Of a stretch of DNA of 64,000 nt, positions 26,840 to 40,889 are shown one piece after another (within the stretch, counting starts at the first letter, position 1; each line of letters opens with the position of its first letter). Below the pieces are notes generated by a model. The model saw only the letters and a program-made list of their open reading frames with translations. It was not told the origin of the DNA and did not search any database. Source of the DNA: Eledone cirrhosa (lineage: Eukaryota); the NCBI GenBank assembly GCA_964016885.1, contig OZ024760.1:18352001-18416000 (forward strand), written 5' to 3'. Both the position numbers and the translations under genes were made by a program.

Positions 26840-28265
26840 CATAGACATACTTCCACCCCAGGACATTATGAGAGGACTAGGGTACTGTAGGGTCATAGAC
26901 ATACCTCCACCCCAGGACATTATGAGAGGACTAGGGTACTGTAGGGTCATAGGCATACCTCCACCCCAGGACATTATGAGAGGACTAGGGTACTGTAGGG
27001 TCATAGACATACCTCCACCCCAGGACATTATGAGAGGACTAGGGTACTGTAGGGTCATAGACATACCTCCACCCCAGGAAATTATGAGAGGACTGGGGTA
27101 TCAAAGGGTACATAGACACCTGACAGCCACCTCAGGGGATTATGAGAAGACTGGGGTATTGAAGGGTACATAAATGTTACTCTCCTCCACCCCAGCAGAT
27201 TATGGAGGACTAGGGTATTGTAGGGTCATAGCCATACCTCCACCCCAGCAGATTATGGGGGACTAGGGTATTGTAGGGTCATAGCCATACCTCCACCCCA
27301 GCAGATTATGGGGGACTAGGGTATTGTAGGGTCATAGCCATACCTCCACCCCAGCAGATTATGGAGGACTAGGGTATTGTAGGGTCATAGACATACCTCC
27401 ACCCCAGCAGATTATGGAGGACTAGGGTATTGTAGGGTCAGAGACATACCTCCACCCCAGCAGATTATGGAGGACTAGGGTATTGTAGGGTCATAGCCAT
27501 ACCTCCACCCCAGCAGATTATGGAGGGCTAGGGTATTGTAGGGTCAGAGACATACCTCCACCCCAGCAGATTATGGAGGACTAGGGTATTGTAGGGTCAT
27601 AGACATACCTCCACCCCAGCAGATTATGGAGGACTAGGGTATTGTAGGGTCATAGACATACCTCCACCCCAGCAGATTATGGAGGACTATGGTATTGTAG
27701 GGTCATAGACATACCTCCACCCCAGCAGATTATGGAGGACTAGGGTATTGTAGGGTCAGAGACATACCTCCACCCCAGCAGATTATGGAGGACTAGGGTA
27801 TTGTAGGGTCATAGACATAGCTCCACCCCAGCAGATTATGGAGGACTAGGGTATTGTAGGGTCATAGACATAGCTCCACCCCAGCAGATTATGGAGGACT
27901 AGGGTATTGTAGGGTCATAGACATACCTCCACCCCAGCAGATTATGGAGGACTAGGGTATTGTAGGGTCATAGACATACCTCCACCCCAGCAGATTATGG
28001 AGGACTAGGGTATTGTAGGGTCAGAGACATACCTCCACCCCAGCAGATTATGGAGGACTAGGGTATTGTAGGGTCATAGCCATACCTCCACCCCAGCAGA
28101 TTATGGAGGACTAGGGTATTGTAGGGTCATAGCCATACCTCCACCCCAGCAGATTATGGAGGACTAGGGTATTGTAGGGTCATAGACATACCTCCACCCC
28201 AGCAGATTATGGAGGACTAGGGTATTGTAGGGTCATAGACATACCTCCACCCCAGCAGATTATGG
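26840..28265. repeat. 54/53-bp minisatellite with two sub-arrays
   Basis: About 4 copies of a 54-bp unit, then about 20 copies of AGACATACCTCCACCCCAGCAGATTATGGAGGACTAGGGTATTGTAGGGTCAT. Confidence 0.95.
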
Positions 28266-28430
28266 ATGATATATATACACCAGGCAGCCACCCTATCCCC
28301 ACATCTGATAAACAAGTCTATAAATGTACAGGGTATATATTATTTAACAATCTCATCTTTTGTCCTTCTGTTTACCTTCATATATATATATATATACTTG
28401 CATAAGTGTCTATATGAATATATATATATA

Positions 28431-28561
<131 letters not shown>

Positions 28562-28572
28562 GTGTGTATGTA

Positions 28573-28627
<55 letters not shown>

Positions 28628-29059
28628 ATGTATATATATATATATATATGTGTGTGTGTATGTATATATATATATATATGTGTGTGTGTATGTATATATA
28701 TATATATGTATGTGTGTATGTATATATATATATGTGTGTGTATGTATATACATATATATATATGTGTGTATGTATATATATATATGTGTATGTATATATA
28801 TATGTGTGTGTGTGAGTGTTTATAATTTCACAATCTATTCTATTGTTAATGTTTACCTTGCTCTACTTGCTGTATGCAAATGTATGTGTGTGTGTGTGTA
28901 TACATATGTATGTGTGTGTGTATAAATACATATGTGTGTGTCTGTGTCTAACCATATGCACAGGCAGAGACCAAATAGGAAGGTTAGTAAGTTGATAAGG
29001 AGATTTTGAAAGTTTAACCAGGCATCATACACATATACATACATATATACACACATATA

Positions 29060-29680
29060 TGATGGCTTCCCCCTCGTTATCGAGTATGGCCATTGCACGT
29101 TATACCATTATTAATAATTTTTAATTAATTCTATCGTGCAATGCCTGTGCGTGAAGATATTGTTTAAAGTGAGGAAAGACTGTGCACTGAGCCAATCCCA
29201 CTCTCTGAGAGACAGTAGCCATAACCCGAAAAGAAGAAAAGATCAACATCATCGGTAACTACTGAGCCGCAGGTTTTATATCGGAGTTATCCCAGTTACC
29301 CGAGTTGCTTTCTCCTAGAAGAATGCCCTGACAAAGGCTAGGGGTCCTTAACTCTCAGTGGTTTAACTGCGCGATCAGGTGTCCAGTCCGACTATTTCTA
29401 TGTCCCCGCGCATATACATACACATGCACCCATGTATATACACATATACATATACATACATACGTAGATGTGTATATATACATATTTACACACTTTTGGA
29501 TGGCCGTTGACTCTTATGAGTTCTTCCGTTCTTTGTCAGGTTTTGGTTTTTGTCCTGCAGGGTGTCCAAAATCACCCTCCTAACAAAGTAAACTTGGTGG
29601 GGTTGACGGTTTAGTCACCGACAACCCGACCATGCGACAGGTTGTACTGGGTTACATGTTACCCAAGAGTGACCCGACAT
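29060..29680 (-). mobile_element. Probable RTE-like LINE 5'-UTR fragments
   Basis: Minus-strand TAGCCTTTGTCAGGGCATTCTTCTAGGAGAAAGCAACTC resembles an RTE 5'-UTR motif recalled from memory. Flanked by microsatellites. Confidence 0.35.
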
Positions 29681-29974
29681 ACATAGATACACACATACAT
29701 ACATACACACAGACACATACATACACACACAAATGCACATATATATATATATACATACATACACACATACACATACATATATTCACACAGGCACACATAT
29801 ACACACACACGCCCACACATAGACACACACGCCCACACATAGACACACACACATACATACACACATACATGCACATTATATATATATATATATATATATA
29901 TATAATCAAGGTTTAGCAAATAATGAAAAAGTTTCAAAATAAATTTTAAAAAATTGACTTTATTTACTATAGTT

Positions 29975-30058
29975 ACCTTTACCGAATCGGTTTCGAATCT
30001 CAAAAATAAACGGAGACCATACGGCCTTCGTTGCAAAGAAAGATTCTCGTCAGAAGGT
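29975..30058 (-). ncRNA. Canonical type I hammerhead ribozyme within a PLE-like terminal repeat (about 29905-30310)
   Basis: ACCTT-CTGACGA-GAATCT...AGATTC-GAAA-CCG(ATT)CGG-TA/AAGGT: perfect helix I, G10.1-C11.1 closing pair, extended helix II, stable helix III, GUA site, AATAAA downstream. Confidence 0.88.
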
Positions 30059-31513
30059 TCTTTTCATTCGAAGAATATAAAATTCTTGAATTTAAATTAC
30101 GAACTAGCGCTATCCAAAACTGTTCCCGAGATGAGAGTAAATGAAGTGGAATCAATTTTTTCAAGGGCCGAAGTAAAGATAGAGGCAGAGGGAGGTAGGT
30201 CAATCGGCCACCACTATCACTAGTAGCAGTCGGAACGACCAAATTTTTTCTCAACATAGAGGAGAATAGTAATAGGATATGTGTTCCTTCACGCACAAGG
30301 CGCTAAGGGACAATATATATATATACATACACACATACACATACATATATTCACACAGGCATACATTTACACATACACCTACACACGTCCACACATAGAC
30401 ACACACATACACACACACCGTCCAAACCCATGCAAGCATGGAATATGGACGTTAAACGATAATGATGATGATGACATATGGACATAGATATACACACCTA
30501 CGCACACACATACACCTACATACATACACAGCCACACATACACACCTACACACACCCCTACCTACCCAGCTACTATATATCATAAAAAGGTCAACCATAG
30601 TCCCTCCCCTCCCCGTCCAATATTTCCCCCCTCCAAATATGACAGCCACAATTAAGACACTTATCTATGTCCTCTACCTTAATTAGATAAATATATACTC
30701 CTCGTTTAGTTAATTATTTGTTGGACATGTTTTCAGTATCTAATAAATACTGACTGTTAATTAGTTGCCTGCTGTAGTAATTATCACGGCTCTATAGTGT
30801 AGTGGTGGTGGTGGTGGTGGTGGTTGTGGTGGTGGTGGTGGTGGTGGTTGTTGTAGTGGTGGTGGTGATGGTTGTGATGGTGGTTGTAGTGGTGGTGGTG
30901 GTGGTGGTGATGGTGATGGTTGTGGTGGTGGTGGTGGTGGTGGTGATTGTAGTGGTGATGGTGGTTGTAGTGGTGGTGGTGATGGTTGTTGTAGTTGTGG
31001 TGGTTGTGGTTGGAGGGGGTAGTGGTGGTGGTGGTGGTGGTTGTTGTAGTTGTGGTAGTGGTGGTGGTGGTTGTAGTGGTGGTGGTGATGGTGGTTGTTG
31101 TGATGGTTGTAGTTGTGGTGGTGTTGGTGGTGGTGGTTATGGTTGTTGTTGTGGTGGTGGTTGTGATTGTTGTGATGGTAGTTGTGGTGGCTGTTGTTGT
31201 TGTGATGGTTGCTGTTGTTGTTGTGGTGGTGGTGGTAGTAGTAGTTGATGTAGGGGTTGTTGGTGGTGGCAGTTGACCTAGCCCCCTGTAAGGACCTCAC
31301 CACCACCTTCTAAACATGTTTAGCTGGTCTAGCAACTGTCATATAGTGATGTGATATTCTGAAATCAAAATCCTTGGACCGAGGTCAGTGGTGGGTTTTA
31401 AAGGACATCCTTCATCATTTCTAGTGTTATTACAATATTAACCCATGGTGGGATACTTTTTCATCTCATCTCTGACTTTCTACAACCATTCAGCTTTGTT
31501 GCTATTATTATTG

Positions 31514-32690
31514 TGGATTGGCAGTATCGGTAGAGGGTCGGACGCCATGCTTTCCAGCATAGTTACGTCCCTTTACGATCTGAGTTCAAATCCCGCCGAG
31601 GTTGACTTTGCCTTTCATCGTTACGGGGGTCGATAAAATAAAGTACCAGTAATGCACTGGGATAATTGCTGGCCTTGTGCCTAAAGTAGAAACAGTTATT
31701 ATTATATAAATAATAAAAATATTTACATGCACAAAACCCACATCGTACTGTCCTATGCCATCCTTAATGTTTTTCTTGATGTCAGCCCTTGTGGCCAATA
31801 AAGAAATCATTATTATTATTACACCGAGGAGGGTGGTGGATTGGCAGTATTGGTAGAGGGTCGGACGCCATGCTTTACAGCATAGAGTTACGTCCCTTTA
31901 CGACCTGAGTTCAAATCTTGCCAAGGTTAACTTTACCTTTCATCCTTAACGGGGTCGATAAAATAAAGTACCAGTAATATACTGGGATAATTGCTGGCCT
32001 TGTGCCAAAAGTAGAAACCATTATTATTATTATTTGTCCCGCCCTGTATTGTCCTGTACTGTCCTTAATGTCTACTTTATGTAAACCCTTGTGATTAATA
32101 AAGAAACCATTATTATTATTATTTGTACCGCCCTGTATTGTCCTGTACTGTCCTTAATGTCTACTTTATGTAAACCCTTGTGGTTAATAAAGAAACCATT
32201 ATTATTATTATTTGTACCGCCCTGTATTGTCCTGTACTGTCCTTAATGTCTACTTTATGTAAACCCTTGTGATTAATAAAGAAACCATTATTATTATTAT
32301 TTGTCCCGCCCTGTATTGTCCTGTACTGTCCTTAATGTCTACTTTATGTAAACCCTTGTGATTAATAAAGAAACCATTATTATTATTATTTGTACCGCCC
32401 TGTATTGTCCTGTACTGTCCTTAATGTCTACTTTATGTAAACCCTTGTGGTTAATAAAGAAATCATATTATTATTATGGTGAATTGGCAGTATCGGTAGA
32501 GGGTTGGACGCCATGCTTTGATGCATAGAGTTACGGCCCTTGCCATTCTGAGTTCAAATCCCGCCTAGGTTAACTTTGCCTTTCATCCTTACGGGGTCGA
32601 TAAAATAAAACAAAGTACCAGTAATACACTGGGGATAATTGCTGGCCTTGTGCCTAAAGTAGAAACAATTATTATTATTATTATTATTAT
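31514..32690 (+). mobile_element. Three SINE family A copies around an 89-bp x5 tandem array
   Basis: SINEs at about 31514, 31830 and 32477. Array 32018-32470 with each unit ending AATAAAGAAACC(ATT)n. Confidence 0.85.
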
Positions 32691-33760
32691 TATTTGAAAG
32701 ACAAGATCAGCAATGTCATCATCATCATCATCATCATTGACATCAACATCAGCTACATCAGCAGCAGCAATGTCAGCAACAACAACAACAAGATGTTGAC
32801 ATAGAATGGTTGGGCAATGACAGAAACAAGTGTAGTGTCGTTTAGTGTAGATAGGTGAACAGCTTGTTACCTGATTACCTGTTGGAGTGGTGGGCGGGGG
32901 GGGGGGGGGATGAGAGAGCTGGGAGAGGTATTACCTGTGAGATTGGTGGGGGGGTGTAATGTAGTGTATGGTGAGAGAGAGCTGAGGTAAAGAGAGAGTG
33001 AGAGAGCTGAGTGATAGAAAGAGCTGAGAGTGAGAGCTGGGAGAGAGAGAGCTGAGGTAAAGAGAGAAAGAGAAAGAAAGAGCTGAGAGTGAGAGCTGGG
33101 AGAGAAAGAGTGAGAGTAAGAGCTGGGAGAGAAAGAGCGAGAGTGAGAGCTGGGAGAGAGAGAGAGAGAAAGAGCTGGGAGAGAAAGAGTGAGAGTGAGA
33201 GCTGGGAGAGAAAGAGTGAGAGTGAGAGCTGGGAGAGAAAGAGTGAGAGTAAGAGCTGGGAAAGAGCGAGAGTGAGAGCTGGGAGAGAGAGAGAGAGAAA
33301 GAGCTGAGAGTGAGAGCTGGGAGAGAAAGAGTGAGAGTGAGAGCTGGGAGAGAAAGAGTGAGAGTGAGAGCTGGGAGAGAAAGAGTGAGAGCTGGGAGAG
33401 AAAGAGTGAGAGCTGGGAGAGAAAGAGTGAGAGAGAAAGAGCTGGGAGAGAGAGAGAGCTGAGGTAAAGAGAGAGAAAGAGCTGAGAGTGAGAGCTGGGA
33501 GAGAGAGAGAAAGAGCTGAGGTAGATATATATATAATATATATATAGAGAGAGGGTGAGAGAGACAGAGAGAGATTACCAGCTAGATAGATTGATGTGGG
33601 TGTTTATGAGGTGGTGTAACGTAGTGTATGGTGAGAGAGAGAGAGAGAGAGAGTGAGAGAGACAGCTGATAGAGAGAGGGAGAGAGAGAGGAAGAGTTGA
33701 AAGAGAGAACATGGCTAGAATGTTCTCTGTGGTGAGGTGTAAACTCTGTGTTGTGAGACA

Positions 33761-33796
<36 letters not shown>

Positions 33797-33929
33797 ATGA
33801 TGGAGAGTGAGAGAAAGATGAAAGGAGAGGATGGAGAGTGGGAGAGAGAGAGATGGGGAGAGAGGACCAAAACTGAACAAGACAGAGCTAACAAATAACA
33901 CCTTATCTAATTGTGTTCCAGTTATTGTG

Positions 33930-33974
<45 letters not shown>

Positions 33975-33992
33975 TATACACGCATATATATA

Positions 33993-34040
<48 letters not shown>

Positions 34041-34104
34041 TATATATACACACACACACATATATATACACACATATATACACACATATATATACACATA
34101 CATA

Positions 34105-34219
<115 letters not shown>

Positions 34220-34223
34220 CTAC

Positions 34224-34258
<35 letters not shown>

Positions 34259-34290
34259 TATATATATATACGTATATGTATATATGTATA

Positions 34291-34368
34291 TACAGTGTCC
34301 CCAAAAAATGTATACACATTTTGATTAGAATGCTGTTGAAATGAGTACATTTTTTGGGACACCCTGTG

Positions 34369-34370
<2 letters not shown>
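34291..34370. mobile_element. Tc1/mariner-like MITE (about 75 bp) in a (TA)n tract
   Basis: TA-CAGTGTCCCCAAAAAATGTA...TACATTTTTTGGGACACCCTG TIRs. Relatives at 4490-4575 and 17329-17395. Confidence 0.7.
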
Positions 34371-34413
<43 letters not shown>

Positions 34414-34448
34414 CTTTATGTATGTATGTATGTATGTATGTATGTATG

Positions 34449-34494
<46 letters not shown>

Positions 34495-34540
34495 TACTCA
34501 TACATACACACTCACACACATCTCTCTCTCTCTCTCTCTG

Positions 34541-34571
<31 letters not shown>

Positions 34572-34688
34572 ATATATATATATATATATGTGTGTATATA
34601 TATATATATATGTGTGTGTGTATATATATATATATATGTGTGTATATATATATATATATGTGTGTATATATATATATATGTGTGTGTG

Positions 34689-34719
<31 letters not shown>

Positions 34720-34812
34720 ATATATATATATATATGTGTGTGTATATATATATATATATATGTGTGTGTGTATATATATATATATGTGTGTGTGTATATA
34801 TATATATATATA

Positions 34813-34853
<41 letters not shown>

Positions 34854-35148
34854 ATATATATATATATATATCCAAAGCCGTACTTCTCCTATATCTCTAG
34901 CCAGCCATAATGAGTCAGAGACAACCTTTAACATTCCATATCTTTCCTTATTGAAACTTGAAAAACTAGAAATACACCTTAGTTCTGCTACCTAACCCAT
35001 AGACCCCCCCCCCCCTCCCTCCCCGTTAACCCCCGCCCCACACCTCCGTTAACTCCCACTCCCGTCCATTGTTCCCTGTTCAGTCGCAATCCAAGATTAA
35101 TTCAAATAGAAAATCACCCAAAATTATCACAATTTATACATATCAAAC

Positions 35149-35233
<85 letters not shown>

Positions 35234-35899
35234 ATATATATATATATCTATCTATCTATCTATCTATCTATACTCTATCTCTCTTAGTCTCTCTCTCTCT
35301 CTCATTTTGTTGGTGTATTTTTTTTTTTTTTTCATTCTTTTATTTTGTAAAATCTTTCTTTTCAAAATATTTGCTTGGGAGAGGTTTAAACTGAATGTAT
35401 TTTCAAAATATTTAGAGGTGGGGAAGTGGTGATGGTGGGTGGGAAACACTTAAAATGAATGTATTTTGATTCTTTTCTACATACTCTTGTTCTCTGTGGC
35501 TTAACACCTCACCAGACTGGTAATAACCTACAGCCTGATGAGCCTTCCAAGCTTAAGGAAAGACTCTAATGTTGTGTAACAGATGTGTACCAGTTGTGTA
35601 ACAGATGTGTGATAATTGTGTACAAGATGTGTGACTGATGTGTGACTGATGTGTAACTGATGTGAGACAGATGTGTCCTAGATGTGTACCAGATGTGTGA
35701 TTGATGTGTGACAGACATGTACCAGATGTGTAGCTGATGTGAGGCAGATGTGTCCTAGATGTGTACCAGATGTGTGATTGATGTGTGGCAGACATGTACC
35801 AGATGTGTAACTGATGTGTAACTGATGTGTGGCAGGTGAATGTGAGTGAATGACAAGGCATGGATGGACTGAGGGGAAAACCTAGGTATAAGAGGAAAC

Positions 35900-36200
35900 A
35901 TGTAGTGTCCAAGAAAGAAGACTGCTCTGGTATAGACATGTGGTGTGTATGGATGGTGGACATTGAGTGGATAAGTGTCAGGCAATGCCAGAGGAAGGAA
36001 GCTGCAGTAGAGGAAGACCTTGATATAAGCTGGGCAGAGGTAATTAGAGCTGATCTAAAGATACTGATACTCAAAGAGGAGATGACAAAAGAATGAATAC
36101 TATGAATGGAAGATGGCTGTGCTAAAAAAAGGACCTGTCCAACTCATTCAAGCATTAGAAGGAAGAAGAGCGGACATAAAATGATGACGATGATGGTGAT
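35900..36200 (+). mobile_element. Decayed RTE LINE 3' end
   Basis: SWAEVIRADLKILILKEEMTKE, then a tail resembling CATTCAAGCATTAGAAGG..GGACATAAAATGATGA. Confidence 0.65.
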
Positions 36201-36532
36201 GATGATGTTGTCATCACCTTAGTTGTCGTCTTTCGTCGATCAAAATCTATTGAAATTCCCTGCAGTAGACATGAAGTCAGAAACCGTGTCTTTTGAAATC
36301 TTGATAACTTATCTTGCCCATCATTTTTGCCTCTTAAAATGTCTATTTTAGGATAAATTAACAATAATGAGTAAGTTGAACAGGAAATGTAGGTTAACCT
36401 TCTTCCTACAGGGTTAATAATCTCTGTTTTTCACACTAATTAGCCCAGTCTTGTGTATTCTTAGCCCATTACATTATACGTACTTCACACAATATTTTCA
36501 ATGGCCAATCTCCGGTTGTCTTCAAATGACCC

Positions 36533-36564
<32 letters not shown>

Positions 36565-36886
36565 GCCTCTCTATCTCTCTATATATATATCTATCTATCT
36601 ATCTATCTCTGTCTTTCTGAGTCTTTCTCTTTCTTTGTGTATGTGTTTATCTCCCTTTTTTTCTAACCCTCTCCCCATCACCACTACACTGCCTCCCCCC
36701 CCCCCCCTCTCTCTCTAGGAAAAACATTCTGTCAAGGTTAGTTTTGCCTTTCATTCATTCTTACAGGGGTAGGGGTTGATAAAACAAAGGTACCAGTAAT
36801 GCATTGGAGGTGAATTTAATCGACTCTCCCCCACACCCTTCTCTTGAAATCACTGGCCTTATGCCAAAAGTGGAAACCACTATTAT

Positions 36887-37104
36887 TTAACCCTTTAACA
36901 TTCACATTACTCTATATATACTATTATATTTTCATGGTAAAGGCTTTACCTCACATAATTATCTCACATAATATCGAATCTATGAGATTTTGAAAGTATT
37001 TATTTTGAGAACAATACCTTAACATCAGTATGAGTGACCAGTTACAGACAGTTTCAACAGAAAGAGGTAGAGAATTCTGGCCGGTTTGAACATTAAAGGG
37101 TTAA
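36887..37104. mobile_element. Complete piggyBac-like MITE with TTAA target-site duplication
   Basis: TTAA|CCCTTTAACATTCA...TGAACATTAAAGGG|TTAA. Confidence 0.8.
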
Positions 37105-37110
37105 GAGGTA

Positions 37111-37305
37111 AGGGCGGTGGACTGGCAGTATCGGTTGAGGGTCTGACGCCATGCTTTGCAGCATAGATTTACGACCCTTTATGGTCTGAGTTCAAATCCC
37201 GCCATGGTTAACTTTGCCATTCCTCCTTACGGAGTCGATAAAAATAAAGTACCAGTAATATACTGGGATAATTGCTGGCCTAGTACCAAAAGTAGAAACC
37301 ACAAT
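37111..37305 (+). mobile_element. SINE family A
   Basis: Family match. Confidence 0.85.
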
Positions 37306-37550
37306 TATTTGAGAGATAAATGAATATTTTACTTGCATATAAAATGTAAAGTTTAGTAAAGTTCAGATGCGGTTTATATGATAAACAGGTGGTCCTTGTT
37401 GACAGCTGAACTCAGCTGACAGGACCTCCACAATAAACCTCAACAGAACAGGGTTTTATATGTAAAAGGACTTGTTTCTTGTGAAACCATTGTCTACCCA
37501 TATATATATCTGTATATATATGTGTATATGTATATATATATGTGTGTGTG

Positions 37551-37583
<33 letters not shown>

Positions 37584-37984
37584 AGTGTACAACAGAGCAA
37601 CATTGTGTAAATGCTTGATGTGTTTTCTTGTCGGACTGTAGGCAGGGCGGGGTTCTTCCTTGTTGGCCTGTGGGCAGGGCAGTGTGCCCCCCTCTCCGAA
37701 TCTCTTTCCTTTAAAGGACCTGCCTCTTTGACAGTTGTTCTGTGACAAATGTCTTTACAGTATTTACAGTACAGGGCGGAGAGGATGGAGCAGGGTGGAG
37801 GGGTGTGTCTGTATGCGTGTAGGGGTGTGTGGTGTGGTGTGTCTGTGTTAGGGGGAGGTGTTATCTGATAACAAGGTCAGAGTTCAAGTTCTGGATGTCA
37901 GTCTGTAATGAATGAATGGAGAGTATTGAAACAAGCAGGTTTGTTGTTTTCTGAAACATTGTATTTTACTGTTTGTCTGGTTTA

Positions 37985-38622
37985 CTGAAGAGGAAGGGAG
38001 GAGGCTGGCATGGCTGTGGGAGGCTGATGAGGAAGGGAAGAGGCTGGCATGGCTGTGGGAGACTGATGAGGAAAGGAGGAGGCTGGCATGGCTGTGTGAG
38101 GCTGATGAGGAAGGGAAGAGGCTGGCATGGCTGTGGGAGGCTGATGAGGAAGGGAAGAGGCTGGCATGGCTGTGGGAGACTGATGAGGAAAGGAGGAGGC
38201 TGGCATGGCTGTGTGAGGCTGATGAGGAAGGGAAGAGGCTGGCATGGCTGTGGGAGGCTGATGAGGAAGGGAAGAGTCTGGCATGGCTGTAGGAGACTGA
38301 TGAGGAAAGGAGGAGGCTGGCATGGCTGTGTGAGGCTGATGAGGAAGGGAAGAGGCTGGCATGGCTGTGGGAGACTGATGAGGAAAGGAGGAGGCTGGCA
38401 TGGCTGTGTGAGGCTGATGAGGAAGGGAAGAGGCTGGCATGGCTGTGGGAGGCTGATGAGGAGAGGAGGAGGCTGGCATGGCTGTGTGAGGCTGATGAGG
38501 AAGGGAAGAGGCTGGCATGGCTGTAGGAGACTGATGAGGAAAGGAGGAGGCTGGCATGGCTGTGTGAGGCTGATGAGGAAGGGAAGAGGCTGGCATGGCT
38601 GTGGGAGGCTGATGAGGAAGGG
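37985..38622. repeat. 39-bp minisatellite (about 16 copies)
   Basis: GAGGCTGGCATGGCTGTG(G/T)GAG(G/A)CTGATGAGGAAGGGAA units. These explain the 13-aa periodic ORFs. Confidence 0.95.
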
Positions 38623-38987
38623 ATAGATACATGACTATGAGCTAGAAGAGGGAGGGATGAGGGCTTGGTTATGTGTGAAACTGAAGAGGAGAGCATGGAT
38701 CTGTGTGCGACCGTATCCAGCCAGAATTCTCTCCCCTCTTTCTGTGCAAACCGCCGGTCGGTCGTAACTGGCAGCTCATACTGATGTTAAGGTATTGTTC
38801 TCAACATAAATAATATCAAAATCGCACAGATTCGATATCATGTGAGGTAATTATGTAACGTAAAGCTGTTACCACAAAACTACAATAGTAAATATAGAGT
38901 AATGTAAATGGTGAGGGCTGAACACATCTGTTGTTGTGGTTGTTGTTGTGGTTGATGTTTTATGTTTCTGAAACATAACCTCCTCTG

Positions 38988-39036
<49 letters not shown>

Positions 39037-39210
39037 TCATCATCATCATCATCATACATCCAAATGATCCCATCCCGCCACAATACTTATTTCAATCTGG
39101 TATATATTTTATCGATCACTGTTTGTCAAACTGCTAAGTTATGGGACGTAATGGAATACAACATAAACAGCATCAGTGAAAACATGCACAGATACACGTG
39201 TTCACACACA

Positions 39211-39645
39211 CATCATCATCATCATCATCATCAGCATACGTCCACTTTTTCCTGATTGCAAGGGTGGGACAGGTCCTATTCAGCACAGCATCTCTCCATT
39301 CGTCACGGTCCTTTGTCCATCTCCTCTGTGAGCTTCAGCGATCTGAGGTCTGCTCTCACCACATCCGCCCATGTCTTTCGTGGTCTTCCTTCACTGCGTC
39401 TTCTTTCCACCAGGATTTCTTGGCACTTCTTTACCCAGTGGTCATTCTCCATGCACATCACATGTCCATACCAACGCAGTCTTCTCACCCGCACACTACA
39501 ACTTATCCCTCTTATACACAGTTTCTCTCTCAACTCATCTATGCTTGGTCGTTCACACACATTGACATTGCACATCCAATGGAGCATGCTTGCTTCATTT
39601 CTCTCCAGCTGTCACATAAGTTGCTGCCCATGTCTCACGACCATG
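39211..39645 (-). mobile_element. RTE-clade LINE 3' fragment
   Basis: RRLRWYGHVMCMENDHWVKKC...GRPRKTWADVVRADL, then a 3'UTR and (TGA)n tail. Confidence 0.85.
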
Positions 39646-39776
39646 CAGCATCGCGCATCTCTCGCAGGCATCATATAATATATATGTATTTAAAAGGTAA
39701 ACAGAAATAACAACACAATCGGTACAGTATATGGAAGGAATATATTAGATTAACGCTTGAAATAACAGGAAAAGGG

Positions 39777-39812
39777 TCTTAACGTTTCAGATGCTAGTCC
39801 TTCATCAGAAGA
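39777..39812 (-). ncRNA. Minimal hammerhead ribozyme in a PLE terminal-repeat fragment (39685-39900)
   Basis: TCTT-CTGATGA-A-GGA(CTAGCA)TCT-GAAA-CG-TT/AAGA. Same family as 45827-45862. Confidence 0.65.
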
Positions 39813-40889
39813 AAGAATAAGAAATAAGGTAGATTGAGGGAATGGGCGGGTTGAAATTGGTAAAAATGTCTTTAGATAAAAATAACAGGTCCATATATAT
39901 AAATATATAATGTAGGTTGTATGTTAACTAATGTGTCCTTCCTTGTTGTTGTTTAGCCCTAGGTCTGAGCTGATACAGGAGACCTATGATCAAAGATGTT
40001 CCAACTGTGACCATCACATCTTTAATTGAGACATAATGTATCTAGGACTACATTATCTAATGTGTCCTTCCTTGTTATTTAGCACTATGGGTGGTAGAAA
40101 ATTATGGACACCTGATTTAAAACCTGAACAAAAATGAGCGCAGCCATGTTTTCAATATATATGTATATACATATATATATGTATGTGTATGTATGTATAT
40201 ATATGTGTATGTATATGTATATATATATATGTATGTATATGTATATATATGTGTATGTGTATATATATATATGTATGTGTATTTATATATATGTGTATGT
40301 ATGTGTGTGTATGTATATGTGTGCTTATATATATATATGTATATGTGTGTGTGTGTGTATGTATATATGTGTTTATATATATATGTATGTATATGTGTGT
40401 GTGTATATGTATGTATATGTGTGTATATATATATAGAGAGATATATACACACATATATTTGTCCCTACCATGTCTTGCACTGTCGAATGAGTAAAATACT
40501 GAACATTCTAGAACAGTAAACCCCTCATCCCCTTCCTCCCCCCCCCCCGTCCTGGGGGTCTATGTTGGTATAAGGGTGGCAGGTGTGAGGGTGGGTTAGG
40601 GTACTTTCATCTCCTGTGTAAGGGATACAAGACTGACTTCCTTACATAAATAAATATATAGATAAAAAAAAAATTACCCAGGTTCACATACACCAATGGT
40701 TCCCCACCCCTGGGGCGTTGTATTTCTAAAAGTTCTAGAAATATGTAGAATTTTCAATAGTTTCCTTTATCTGCGATGGCCATTTTTATATATGTTCTTG
40801 CAGGAACTTTCATTACTGGTATCTTGTTCTTGTGTTCCACTGGGATAATAATACTTCAACTCATTCTAGTGACATGGCTTAAAAAGACA

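Noticed and set aside
26840-28265. CRISPR-like regular repeats (also 1627-2391)
   Set aside because: Head-to-tail identical units without unique spacers, in a eukaryotic context.
37494-37748. Minus-strand ORF MSQNNCQRGRSFKGKRFG...
   Set aside because: No recognisable family and no clear splice sites. It runs into a microsatellite.
37884-38696. Repetitive 216-270 aa ORFs on both strands
   Set aside because: Product of a 39-bp minisatellite. No splice or protein-family evidence.
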